DNA of 32,000 bases from NCBI GenBank assembly GCA_000961655.1, contig LADR01000024.1, positions 297,682 to 329,681 of the forward strand. Reading direction: 5' to 3'. Positions 16,660 to 27,470 of this stretch are shown here, one piece after another. Origin of the DNA: Desulfatitalea sp. BRH_c12. Its GTDB lineage: Bacteria > Desulfobacterota > Desulfobacteria > Desulfobacterales > Desulfosarcinaceae. Both the position numbers and the translations under genes were made by a program. The number at the start of each line of letters is the position of its first letter. The first letter of the stretch is position 1. Below the pieces are notes generated by a model. The model searched no databases. It was not told the origin of the DNA and saw nothing but the letters and a program-made list of their open reading frames with translations.

Positions 16660-17871
16660 ATGGGATGCAACACGAACCGTCGACCCCTGAAATGGGCTGC
16701 CGCATGGATGGCCCTGGCAGGCTTTTTTCTCCTGTCCGGTTGCCAGAGTGAAAAGCGCGCACAGAGCCAATCGGCTCCCGCACCGCAGGTCGGCATCGTT
16801 ACCATACAGCCGCAATCGGTCGAGCTGACCACCGAGTTGCCGGGGCGCACATCCGCCTACCAGGTGGCCGATATTCGGCCGCAGGTCAACGGCATCATTC
16901 AAAAACGACTGTTCCAGGAAGGCGCGGAGGTCAAGGCCGGTCAGCAGCTTTACCAGATCGATCCGGCACCTTTCCGGGTCAAGTATGATTCGGCCAAGGC
17001 ATCCCTCGGAAAGGCCCAGGCCAACCTGCCATCGATTCAATTGCGGGTTGAACGCTACCGGGAACTGCTGGAAGACAATGCCGTCAGCCGTCAGGATGTC
17101 GACGATGCCGAGGCCGCCCTGGAGCAGGCCAAGGCCGAGATCGCCTATTGGCAAACGGCGGTCGAAGCCGCGCGTATCGATTTGGAATATACCCGCGTCA
17201 GCGCGCCCTTTGCGGGCCGTATCGGCCGCAGTCATTTGAAGACCGGCACGCTGGTGACAGCCTATCAGGCCGCGCCTTTTGCGACGCTGCAGCAACTCGA
17301 TCCCATTTATGTGGATGTGGTCCAATCCTCGTCCGAACTGCTGCGTCTGAGACGCAACCTGGAAACCGGGCAGCTCAGCAAAGATACTGAAAACGGAAAA
17401 AAGGTGCATCTTTTTCTGGAGGACGGCAGCCCTTATCCGCTGGAAGGCACGCTGCAGTTCGCCGACGTCACGGTTGACCCGACCACCGGCTCATACTCCC
17501 TGCGCATCGTCGTGCCCAACCCGGACCATATCCTGTTGCCGGGCATGTTCGTGCGCGCCATCGTAAAAGAAGGCGTGGCCCGGCAGGCCATTCTCGTTCC
17601 CCAGCAGGGGGTGAGCCGCACGCCGAAGGGAGAGCCTATGGCGCTGGTTGTCGATGAGGCCGGTACGGTGCAGCAGCGCAAGCTGACGCTCGACCGCGCC
17701 ATCGCTGACCAATGGCTCGTTGCATCGGGGCTGTCGGCCGGCGATCAGCTGATCGTGGAGGGCATGCTGAATGTCAGGCCCGGTACGGCTGTAACCGCTG
17801 TTTCAATGGACGAAGCCAAGCGGAAAACGCAAGTGAGCGCTGCAACCGGCATGGCTGCAGAGTTGAAGTAG
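16660..17871 (+). CDS. RND efflux periplasmic adaptor (membrane fusion protein, AcrA/MexA-like lipoprotein)
   Basis: ATG 16660 follows GAGGGAGG. Lipobox LLSGC. The sequence AQVNGIIQKRLFQEGAEVKAGQQLYQIDPAPF is a typical MFP lipoyl/hairpin sequence. Confidence 0.9.
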   Translation: MGCNTNRRPLKWAAAWMALAGFFLLSGCQSEKRAQSQSAPAPQVGIVTIQPQSVELTTELPGRTSAYQVADIRPQVNGIIQKRLFQEGAEVKAGQQLYQIDPAPFRVKYDSAKASLGKAQANLPSIQLRVERYRELLEDNAVSRQDVDDAEAALEQAKAEIAYWQTAVEAARIDLEYTRVSAPFAGRIGRSHLKTGTLVTAYQAAPFATLQQLDPIYVDVVQSSSELLRLRRNLETGQLSKDTENGKKVHLFLEDGSPYPLEGTLQFADVTVDPTTGSYSLRIVVPNPDHILLPGMFVRAIVKEGVARQAILVPQQGVSRTPKGEPMALVVDEAGTVQQRKLTLDRAIADQWLVASGLSAGDQLIVEGMLNVRPGTAVTAVSMDEAKRKTQVSAATGMAAELK

Positions 17872-17886
17872 CAGAGGAGTCCCATC

Positions 17887-20800
17887 ATGCTGTCGAAATT
17901 TTTTCTGGATCGCCCGGTCTTTGCCTGGGTTATCGCCATTATCATGATGCTGGGCGGTGGCCTGGCGATCTACAATCTGCCCATCTCACAGTACCCGCCC
18001 ATCGCACCGCCTTCGATCGCCATCGACGCCTTCTATCCGGGTGCCTCTGCCGAAACGGTCGAAAACAGCGTCATTCAGATCATCGAGCAGAAGATGACCG
18101 GGTTCGACAAGCTGTTGTACATGACCGCCACCAGCGACGCCTCCGGCGCCGGCCGCATCGAACTGACCTTTGCACCCGGTACCGATCCGGACCTGGCCTG
18201 GTCTCAGGTTCAAAACAAGCTGCAACTGGCCATGGCCAGTTTGCCGGAAGTGATCCAGCGCCAGGGGATCAAGGTTAGCAAATCAACCCGCAACTATCTG
18301 ATTCTGGTCGGCCTGGTATCGGAAGACGGCAGCCTGGATGGCAACGACTTGCGCGACTATGCCCAGTCCAACGTCGAAAAAGTGCTGGCGCGGGTGCCGG
18401 GCGTCGGTGAAGTGGAGAGTTTCGGCTCGCAGTACGCGATGCGCATCTGGCTCAATCCCGACAAGCTGGTCGATTACAAACTGACCATCCAGGATGTGAT
18501 CGCCGGTTTGCGGGCCTACAATGTGGAGATCTCCGCCGGCCAGTTCGGCGCCGCCCCGGCAGTTGAAGGTCAGCGCATGAATGCCTCCATCATCGTGCAG
18601 AGCCTGCTCAAATCGCCGGAGGAGTTCGCGGCCATACCGCTGCGCATCAATCCGGACGGCTCGGTCGTACGCGTCAGCGATGTGGCTCGAACCGAACTGG
18701 GCACCGAGCGTTACGATGTCAATGCGCTTTTCAATGGCAAGGAAAACGCCGCCCTGGCCATCCGGCAGGCCGCGGGCGCCAATGCGCTGGACACCGCCGA
18801 TCGCATCCGCGCAACCATGGAAGAGCTTTCGCAGTATTTCCCACCGGGGGTGAAGGTGATCTATCCTTACGACACCACCCCGTTCATCGAGGTGGCCATC
18901 GATGAGGTGGTCAAAACCCTGCTGGAAGCCATTTTGCTGGTGTTTCTGGTGATGTTTCTGTTCCTGGGCAACATTCGCGCCACACTGATTCCCACCCTGG
19001 CGGTGCCGGTCGTGATCCTGGGAACGTTCGCTGTTTTGGGCTTTTTCGGGTTTTCCATCAACATGCTGACCATGTTCGCCATGGTGCTGGCCATCGGTCT
19101 GCTGGTGGACGATGCCATCGTGGTGGTGGAAAACGTCGAGCGCATCATGCATGAAGAGGGGCTGTCGGCCAAGGAAGCCACCCGCAAGTCCATGGAAGAG
19201 ATCACCAGCGCCCTGGTCGGCATCGGGCTGGTGCTGTCGGCAGTGTTCGGCCCCATGGCCTTCTTCGGTGGCTCCACAGGTGTCATCTACCGTCAGTTTT
19301 CCGTGACCGTCATCGCGGCCATGCTGCTCTCGGTGGTGGTGGCCCTGGTGCTGACCCCGGTCCTGTGCGCTTCACTGCTCAAGCCGGTCGATCAACGGGT
19401 GACCGCCCGACGAACCGACCTGCCGGTCCTCAGGCCTTTTCTACACTGGTTCAACCGCTTTTTTGTCCGTTTCAATAGCTCCTTTAACTGGTTGCGTGAC
19501 AAGTACCACGCCATTGTCGGTCATATGCTGGGTCGCAAACTGCGCTATCTGGCCGTTTATGTGCTCATTGTGGCCGCGCTCGGATTTTTGTTCCAGCGCA
19601 TGCCCACAGCCTATCTGCCAGACGAGGACCAGGGCCTCATGTTCATCCAGGCCCAGTTGCCATCCGGGTCGACCATGGAGCAAACCGAACAGGTCTTAGA
19701 CGAGGTCCGCACCTATCTGCTCGAAGATGAAAAGGACGTGGTGGCATCGGTGATGACGCTGGCGGGTCGCAGCTTCGCCGGCGCCGGGCAGAATTCGGGC
19801 TTGGGGTTCGTGCGGCTCAAGGATTGGGCGTTGCGCGACGATCCCGAACTCAAAGTCAAAGCTCTGGCCAACCGTGCCATGGCGCGCTTCGCCAAAATCC
19901 GCAACGCCCAGGTGTTTGCCTTCGCGCCGCCGGCCGTTACGGAACTGGGCACCTCGGCCGGTTTCGATTTTCAGTTGCAGGATCGCGGAGGCCTGGGGCA
20001 TGCGAAATTGATGGAAGCGCGCAACAAACTGCTCGAGATGGCCGCCAAGGACGACCGGCTGACCCGCGTGCGCCCCAATGGCATGGAGGATGTGGCCCAG
20101 TACCGCATCGACGTGGACTGGGAGAAGGCCGGCGCCCTGGGCGTGCCGATCGACAGCATTCACAACACTCTGTCGGCGGCGTTCGGCAGCGCCTATGTCA
20201 ATGACTTTATCCAGGGCGGGCGGGTCAAGCGCGTTTACGTCCAGGCTGATGCGGAACACCGCATGCTGCCCAACGATCTCGAGCGGATCTATGTGCGCAA
20301 CACTGCCGGCACCATGACCCCGTTCACCGCTTTCGCAACCGGCTACTGGACCTATGGATCGCCGAAACTGGAACGCTTCAACGCTTTTCCCGCCATGAAC
20401 ATTCTGGGCGAGGCACCTGCCGGCAAAAGCACCGGTGAAGCCATGCAGGCCATGGAGGAGATTACGGCCCAGTTGCCCAGCGGCATCGGCTTTGACTGGA
20501 GCGGACTCTCCTACCAGGAGCGCATGGCCACCTCGCAGACCGGATTGCTGTACGCTTTTTCCATGATCGTGATCTTTCTGTGCCTGGCCGCACTTTACGA
20601 AAGTTGGACGGTTCCGATTGCGATCATGCTGGCATTGCCTTTGGGGGTTATCGGCGGCGTGGTCGCTTCGATGCTGCGCGGTTTTCCCAACGACGTCTAT
20701 TTTCAGATCGGGTTGCTCACCGTTCTGGGGCTGACCACCAAAAACGCCATTTTGATCGTGCAGTTCGCCATGGCCAAGGTCAAAGGCGGCATGGATCTGG

Positions 20801-21087
20801 TGCCGGCCACTTTGGAGGCGGCCAAATTGCGACTGCGCCCGATCGTCATGACGTCGCTGGCCTTCGGGTTCGGCGTTCTGCCCCTGGCCATGGCCGGTGG
20901 GGCCGGCGCCGGCGCACAGACCGCTATCGGCACCGGCGTTCTGGGCGGGATGGTCACCTCCACCTTTCTGGCCATCTTTTTCATCCCCTTGTTCTATGTG
21001 GTGGTGGTGCGCTTGTTCGAAAGGAAAAAAACAGCGCCGGCCGAGGATTTCGTTCCGGATGCGGCAATCTCCCAGGAAGGACACTGA
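17887..21087 (+). CDS. RND multidrug efflux permease, HAE1 family (AcrB/MexB-like)
   Basis: 1066 aa. The N-terminus MLSKFFLDRPVFAWVIAIIMMLGGGLAIYNLPISQYPPIAPPSI is near-canonical for AcrB-type pumps. The 12-TM/2-loop architecture is present. Confidence 0.95.
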   Translation: MLSKFFLDRPVFAWVIAIIMMLGGGLAIYNLPISQYPPIAPPSIAIDAFYPGASAETVENSVIQIIEQKMTGFDKLLYMTATSDASGAGRIELTFAPGTDPDLAWSQVQNKLQLAMASLPEVIQRQGIKVSKSTRNYLILVGLVSEDGSLDGNDLRDYAQSNVEKVLARVPGVGEVESFGSQYAMRIWLNPDKLVDYKLTIQDVIAGLRAYNVEISAGQFGAAPAVEGQRMNASIIVQSLLKSPEEFAAIPLRINPDGSVVRVSDVARTELGTERYDVNALFNGKENAALAIRQAAGANALDTADRIRATMEELSQYFPPGVKVIYPYDTTPFIEVAIDEVVKTLLEAILLVFLVMFLFLGNIRATLIPTLAVPVVILGTFAVLGFFGFSINMLTMFAMVLAIGLLVDDAIVVVENVERIMHEEGLSAKEATRKSMEEITSALVGIGLVLSAVFGPMAFFGGSTGVIYRQFSVTVIAAMLLSVVVALVLTPVLCASLLKPVDQRVTARRTDLPVLRPFLHWFNRFFVRFNSSFNWLRDKYHAIVGHMLGRKLRYLAVYVLIVAALGFLFQRMPTAYLPDEDQGLMFIQAQLPSGSTMEQTEQVLDEVRTYLLEDEKDVVASVMTLAGRSFAGAGQNSGLGFVRLKDWALRDDPELKVKALANRAMARFAKIRNAQVFAFAPPAVTELGTSAGFDFQLQDRGGLGHAKLMEARNKLLEMAAKDDRLTRVRPNGMEDVAQYRIDVDWEKAGALGVPIDSIHNTLSAAFGSAYVNDFIQGGRVKRVYVQADAEHRMLPNDLERIYVRNTAGTMTPFTAFATGYWTYGSPKLERFNAFPAMNILGEAPAGKSTGEAMQAMEEITAQLPSGIGFDWSGLSYQERMATSQTGLLYAFSMIVIFLCLAALYESWTVPIAIMLALPLGVIGGVVASMLRGFPNDVYFQIGLLTVLGLTTKNAILIVQFAMAKVKGGMDLVPATLEAAKLRLRPIVMTSLAFGFGVLPLAMAGGAGAGAQTAIGTGVLGGMVTSTFLAIFFIPLFYVVVVRLFERKKTAPAEDFVPDAAISQEGH

Positions 21088-21089
21088 TA

Positions 21090-22499
21090 ATGACCCGAAA
21101 AATCGTTTCACTCGGGGTTGGGCTGGCCCTGTTTTTGGCCGGGTGCACCATGATTCCGGAATACTCGCGCCCGGCCGCACCGGTGTCCGAACAGTGGCCC
21201 CAAGGTCCGGCCTACCAAGAAGAGCCGTCTGCATCCACCCGTCCGCTTGCCGCCGATTTGCGCTGGCGCGACTTTTTCACCGATGGCCCGCTTAAACAGA
21301 TCATCGATACCGCCCTGCAAAACAACCGCGACTTGCGCGTGGCGGCCCTGAATGTCGAGCGGGCGCGGGCCTATTACCGCATCCAGCGCTATGAACTGCT
21401 TCCGAGAGTCGATGCCGCCGGCAGCGCCTACAAGGAGCGCGTGCCGGCCGACCTGTCCAGCTCGGGCAGCGCGGTGACCGTTGAAGAGTACCGCGCCGAG
21501 TTGGGCGTCAGCGCCTGGGAGCTGGATTTTTTCGGACGCATCCGCAGCTTGAGTCAAAGCGCTTTGCAAGAGTACTTCGCCACCGAACAGGCCCGCCGCA
21601 GCGCGCAGATACTGCTGGTGTCGGAAGTGGCCAATACGTACCTGACGTTTGCCGCCGACAGGGAAAATCTCCAACTGGCCCAATCGACCCTCGAATCGCA
21701 GCAGGCCGCTTACAACTTGATTCGACGCCGATTCGAAGTCGGGCTGTCGTCTGAACTGGATCTGCGTCAGGTGCAAACGCGCGTGGAAACGGCCCGCGTG
21801 GATGTCGCCCGGTTTACGGAACAGGTGGCCCGCGATGTAAATGCGCTGAACCTGTTGGTGGGTTCGACCGTGCCGGCCGATTTGGCACCCCAGCCCTTGA
21901 GCACGCTCGCTCCGTTAAGAGCCCTTTCGCCCGGCACATCGTCCGAGGTGCTCCTGCAGCGGCCGGATATTTTGCGGGCCGAAAGTCTGCTCAAGTCGGC
22001 CAATGCCAACATCGGCGCCGCCCGGGCGGCCTTTTTCCCGCGGATTTCCCTGACCACGGCGATCGGCACCGCAAGCAGCGATCTGTCGGGTCTGTTCGAA
22101 TCCGGTTCGGGCACCTGGATGTTCTCGCCGCGCATCGCCATGCCGATTTTCGACCCGCGCACCTGGTCGGCGTTGCGGGTCACCAAAGTGGACAGAGAGA
22201 TCGCCGTGGCGCAGTACGAAGGCGCCATCCAGTCCGCCTTCCGGGAAGTCGCCGACACCTTGGCGCAAAGGGGAACCATAGGGGACCGCATGACGGCCCA
22301 GCAGTCCCTGGTGGACGCCACCCTGGCCACCTATCGCATCTCCACTGCCAGATATGAAAAAGGGACGGACATCTACCTGAACGTGCTGGATGCGCAGCGC
22401 TCTTTGTATGCCGCGCAACAGGGGCTTATCGCCACCCGCCTGATCGATTTCGCCAATCAGGTCCGGTTGTATGCAGTTTTGGGGGGTGGGGGTAAATAG
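21090..22499 (+). CDS. RND efflux outer-membrane factor lipoprotein (NodT/OprM family)
   Basis: ORF 20580-22499 trimmed to ATG 21090, 3 nt after the permease stop. Lipobox FLAGC. NodT-type repeats are present (LQNNRDLRVAALNVERA, then a second half LLQRPDILRAE). Confidence 0.9.
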   Translation: MTRKIVSLGVGLALFLAGCTMIPEYSRPAAPVSEQWPQGPAYQEEPSASTRPLAADLRWRDFFTDGPLKQIIDTALQNNRDLRVAALNVERARAYYRIQRYELLPRVDAAGSAYKERVPADLSSSGSAVTVEEYRAELGVSAWELDFFGRIRSLSQSALQEYFATEQARRSAQILLVSEVANTYLTFAADRENLQLAQSTLESQQAAYNLIRRRFEVGLSSELDLRQVQTRVETARVDVARFTEQVARDVNALNLLVGSTVPADLAPQPLSTLAPLRALSPGTSSEVLLQRPDILRAESLLKSANANIGAARAAFFPRISLTTAIGTASSDLSGLFESGSGTWMFSPRIAMPIFDPRTWSALRVTKVDREIAVAQYEGAIQSAFREVADTLAQRGTIGDRMTAQQSLVDATLATYRISTARYEKGTDIYLNVLDAQRSLYAAQQGLIATRLIDFANQVRLYAVLGGGGK

Positions 22500-22578
22500 G
22501 CTCTTTTACTAACGGCAAATGCGCATTGAGACGGATCGTCTCGAGGGCCTTCATGCCGGAAAATCCATAAGGCGTTCT

Positions 22579-23574
22579 TCATTCAATGGTATTGACTGCC
22601 CTTCTTGGCCGCTTGCCCTCCAGGGCATCGATGATGTTGTGAGCCGCCTCAACGGCGATCTTTTTACGGATGCGGTCGACGGCCGAGCCCAGATGGGGGG
22701 TGAAAAAGGTCTTGTCCTTATGTGCAAGCAACGCCGGGGTGATGAAACGAGGACGATCCGCCAGGGCCCAGTCTTCCATCTCGAACACATCGGCAGCGTA
22801 GCCGGCCAACATGCCTTTTTCCAAGGCGACGGCGACATCCTGTTCGTCGACCACTGAACCGCGCCCTACATTGATCAGATAACTGCCGGGACGCATGACC
22901 GCTATGGCCCGGTCGTCGATCAGGTGGCGCGTCCGCTCGTCGAGCGGCAGGGCGCAGATGATATAGTCCGAATGGCCGAGCAGTTCGTCGAGCGGCACTG
23001 AGCGGGCGTGCAACTCTTGATCATGCCGGCTGTCCAACGGGCTGGCATCGTAGTATAGGATCCTTGTTTCGAAACCACTCAGCATGCGGGCAATGGCGCA
23101 ACCCACTCGCCCCATGCCCAAGATGCCGACCGTGGCCCCACTCAAACCGCTCCCATAGAAAACAGGCTGCCAGCCTTGAAAATCGCCACTGCGGACCCAA
23201 CGGTCGCCGGCCCCCATATTGCGCACCAGAGCCAGCATCAGGGCGATTGCCAGTTCGGCCGTCGGAATGGTCAACAGGTCGGGCACGATGGTGAGCCAGA
23301 CGCCACGGCGGGTGCAGGCTGCCACATCGAAGTTGTCGAAGCCTTTGAGAGCAGCTCCGATGACCTTCAGGTGAGGGCACCGGCGCAAAAAAACCGCGTC
23401 CACGCAGTCGGGCATAAAGGCCATCATGGCATGGGCATCACGCATGCGGATTAAGACTTTTTCGGGCGGCAGGGTTTCGCGCGATTGATTCAACAGCAAT
23501 TCCCCGTATGGCGACAGCAGATCGATGATTTCCTGGTGTACCCAGTGGGTAATGACGATCTTGTTGGATTTCAT
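22579..23574 (-). CDS. ptxD: Phosphonate (phosphite) dehydrogenase PtxD, NAD-dependent
   Basis: 331 aa, co-linear with my recollection of Pseudomonas stutzeri PtxD. Shared segments: VITH.VH.EI..LL, DA.AMMAFMPD.VDA.FL, LKGFDNFDV.ACT.RGVWLT.VPDLLT.PTAELAI, FQGWQP.FYG.GL..ATVGILGMG, GYAADVFEMEDWA.ADRP, and FTPH.GSAV. It is the last gene of the phosphite/phosphonate importer operon. Confidence 0.9.
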   Translation of the reverse strand: MKSNKIVITHWVHQEIIDLLSPYGELLLNQSRETLPPEKVLIRMRDAHAMMAFMPDCVDAVFLRRCPHLKVIGAALKGFDNFDVAACTRRGVWLTIVPDLLTIPTAELAIALMLALVRNMGAGDRWVRSGDFQGWQPVFYGSGLSGATVGILGMGRVGCAIARMLSGFETRILYYDASPLDSRHDQELHARSVPLDELLGHSDYIICALPLDERTRHLIDDRAIAVMRPGSYLINVGRGSVVDEQDVAVALEKGMLAGYAADVFEMEDWALADRPRFITPALLAHKDKTFFTPHLGSAVDRIRKKIAVEAAHNIIDALEGKRPRRAVNTIE

Positions 23575-23577
23575 TTA

Positions 23578-24378
23578 TTATTTTAACCTCTTGCGCAGGT
23601 TGATGCCGACGGCGTCCACAACAGTGACAGTGGCCAGAATGACCAGCAGGAGGGCCGAAACTTCGCTGTAGCGCATCAAGCGAAGGGAGCCCATCAGTTC
23701 GAAGCCGATGCCGCCGGCCCCGACCATGCCCATCACCGTGGAGGCGCGAAAATTATACTCCCATCGATAGATGGCGATATCGGCGATCTGGGCCATTACC
23801 TGGGGCCAAACGCCATGTACGATAACCTGCAAGGGGGTGGCGCCGACTGCGCGCACCGCTTCGATGGGCTCGTTGGCGACATGCTCGATCGACTCGGAAA
23901 TGAATTTGCCCACCATTCCGACCGAGTGCAGCCCCAGGGCCAATACGCCGGGCAACGCCCCGAATCCCACGGCGGCCACGAAGATAATGCCCATAATCAG
24001 TTCGGGAATGGAGCGCAGCACATTCAGCGTTGTGCGCGCCACCCGGTAAATGGTCTTGTTAGGGGCGGTGTTGCGTGCCGCCAGAAAACCCAACGGCAGG
24101 GCCAGCCCCAGAGCCAGTGCCGTCCCGGCCACACTCATGGCCAGAGTGTCGAAAAGGGGGCGCAACCAGGTGCGTCCGGCACTGAAATCAGGTGGCAAAC
24201 CTTCGGCCATTAGGGATAGAATGCTGGGGACGCCATCGAGCAGGCGAGTTGGGTCGAAAAGACCGGTGTGGTATGAAAACCCGATCACCGCCACCAGGAC
24301 GACCGCGCTCTGCAAGGCAGCTTTTTGGCGCCGTGCTTTAATTGATCTTAATATGCCATTGTAGGTGGAATTGGACAT
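23578..24378 (-). CDS. phnE: Phosphonate/phosphite ABC transporter permease (PhnE family; PtxC-equivalent by context)
   Basis: ORF trimmed to ATG 24378, after GGAG. PhnE-type permease with the EAA-like loop (EAVRAVGATPLQVIVHGVWPQV). Its stop lies 3 nt before the ptxD start. Confidence 0.85.
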   Translation of the reverse strand: MSNSTYNGILRSIKARRQKAALQSAVVLVAVIGFSYHTGLFDPTRLLDGVPSILSLMAEGLPPDFSAGRTWLRPLFDTLAMSVAGTALALGLALPLGFLAARNTAPNKTIYRVARTTLNVLRSIPELIMGIIFVAAVGFGALPGVLALGLHSVGMVGKFISESIEHVANEPIEAVRAVGATPLQVIVHGVWPQVMAQIADIAIYRWEYNFRASTVMGMVGAGGIGFELMGSLRLMRYSEVSALLLVILATVTVVDAVGINLRKRLK

Positions 24379-24408
24379 TGCATATCTCCGGTTCCGGTTG
24401 AAGATCGT

Positions 24409-24437
24409 CCGCCGGAACATTTGGAAAGTTCCGGCGG
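24409..24437 (-). promoter_or_regulatory. Intercistronic 10-bp perfect stem-loop between the SBP and permease genes
   Basis: CCGCCGGAAC (24409-24418) pairs with GTTCCGGCGG (24428-24437), with a 9-nt loop. No U-tract follows, so it looks like an mRNA-stabilising or attenuating element rather than a terminator. Confidence 0.5.
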
Positions 24438-24460
24438 GTCTTGAAGCGTGAACTTTAAAA

Positions 24461-26156
<1,696 letters not shown>

Positions 26157-26384
26157 GGTTTGACTCCTTTTAGTATCGTTGCCGGAGAATATGATCAAAA
26201 AAAATTTCCTGCAGATGAAGGATGTATGAAAATATCGTTAGCAGGGTTGATTGTCTCAACCGCCGATCGGCACTTTTTCTTTTCTAACCGTACCCTAATT
26301 TCCGTCTAATACGCGCAGGAGATGACTGCCATCAGCACCGCAAACAACGCAGTGCCGTCTGACTTTACGCGATTGGAGAATTTT

Positions 26385-26870
26385 ATGGAATTCGTCAATG
26401 ATCGGGGGACTCCCCGAACGTACAAAGCGCGACTGCTAGAGGTGATTCTTGCAGCCCCCGCCGATGAGGTCGCCGCCATGCTGGACCGGTTTTGGTCCGC
26501 AAAGTGGTTCGAGATGCGGCAGGCCCCACGGACAAGTCTGGTCATGTACACTGTTCGCGACCCATTCGATACTTTGTTCCATCTCGGAGAGGTGCTGGTG
26601 AGCACGGCCGAAGTTATGCTGGGCAGGCACATCGGCCTTGGCATGATTTGCGGTGACGCACCTGAATGCGCTTTGCTCCTGGCCTGTGTCGAGGCGGCCG
26701 AGGCGAGCAGCCGCACCGCGTTGCCCGACGATCTGCCCGATTTCGTCGAGCGACTGGAGAAGAAATGTGTCGAAGAAAGGGGCCTGTTGTCGAAACTGAC
26801 CGCCGCCACTGCGGTGCGATTCGATACCATGCGAAAAGAGAGCGTAAATTTCGGTTCTCTGGGGGATTGA
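26385..26870 (+). CDS. phnG: C-P lyase core complex subunit PhnG
   Basis: ORF 26322-26870 trimmed to ATG 26385 (GGAGAA plus 4 nt). The sequence is PhnG-like (LVMYTVRDPFDTLFHLGEVLVSTAEVML..GLGMICGD) and sits first in a phnGHIJKLM series. Confidence 0.8.
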   Translation: MEFVNDRGTPRTYKARLLEVILAAPADEVAAMLDRFWSAKWFEMRQAPRTSLVMYTVRDPFDTLFHLGEVLVSTAEVMLGRHIGLGMICGDAPECALLLACVEAAEASSRTALPDDLPDFVERLEKKCVEERGLLSKLTAATAVRFDTMRKESVNFGSLGD

Positions 26871-26884
26871 GGAGAGAAGCGTTT

Positions 26885-27466
26885 ATGGATGAAGGCATGC
26901 ACCGCAATCAGAAAAACTACCGCCGACTTCTCGACGCCATGAGCTGTCCGGGGCGTATCGTGCGACTGGAAATTCCTGACGGGCACGCTTCTATCGGCGC
27001 GGCACTGGCCGTCGGCCAGTGCCTGTTGGACAGCGAGGTGAGTGTTTGCGTCATTGGCAATGGCGACGCACCTGCGCTGCAATCAACTTTAGCGGCTGTC
27101 ACCCATGTGCGCACTGCACCCTTGGCCAAGGCCGATTTCATTTTTATTTGCGCCGGACAAAGCTTAGGTGGCGCACGTTTAGCCTGGCGCGGCCGCTCCG
27201 AAGCCCCGGAAGAAGGGGCAACTCTGGTGTATTGTCACGATTTTGTAAGGACGGGTTCCTCGGACCATCTGCGCATCCGGCTCAGCGGTCCCGGAATCGC
27301 CCGGCAGGAGGGCATCGTGCCCGAGATGAGCGGTATACCGCTCGAGGAATTCAGGGAACTGCTCGCCGTCAATGCCGACTATCCATTAGGGGTGGATGTT
27401 TTTTTCGTTCGGCCCAACGGCGAGGTAATGGGGCTGGCGCGGGCCACGCGCATACAGGTGAGGTGA
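26885..27466 (+). CDS. phnH: C-P lyase core complex subunit PhnH
   Basis: Internal start ATG 26885 within ORF 26666-27466, after GAGGAG. The start reads NYRRLLDAMSCPGRIV, compared with E. coli SFRRLLKAMSEPGVIV. The C-terminus reads DYPLGVDVFFV....MGL.R.TRI.V. Confidence 0.8.
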   Translation: MDEGMHRNQKNYRRLLDAMSCPGRIVRLEIPDGHASIGAALAVGQCLLDSEVSVCVIGNGDAPALQSTLAAVTHVRTAPLAKADFIFICAGQSLGGARLAWRGRSEAPEEGATLVYCHDFVRTGSSDHLRIRLSGPGIARQEGIVPEMSGIPLEEFRELLAVNADYPLGVDVFFVRPNGEVMGLARATRIQVR

Positions 27467-27470
27467 AGAC

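Noticed and set aside
20580-21089. N-terminal 170-codon extension of the outer-membrane factor ORF
   Set aside because: It overlaps the 3' end of the RND permease in another frame. The lipoprotein signal peptide and lipobox begin at ATG 21090, 3 nt after the permease stop.
16444-21234. Minus-strand ORFs 16444-17409 (321 aa), 18283-19152 (289 aa) and 19696-21234 (512 aa)
   Set aside because: All are antisense to the strongly supported MFP and RND permease genes. Their composition is low complexity (G/H/Q/R/D-rich) and no domain was recognised.
22528-22542. Palindrome GAGACG-GAT-CGTCTC between the convergent efflux and ptx operons, considered as a bidirectional terminator
   Set aside because: It has a 6-bp stem with a 3-nt loop and no flanking U/A tracts on either strand, which is too weak to call.
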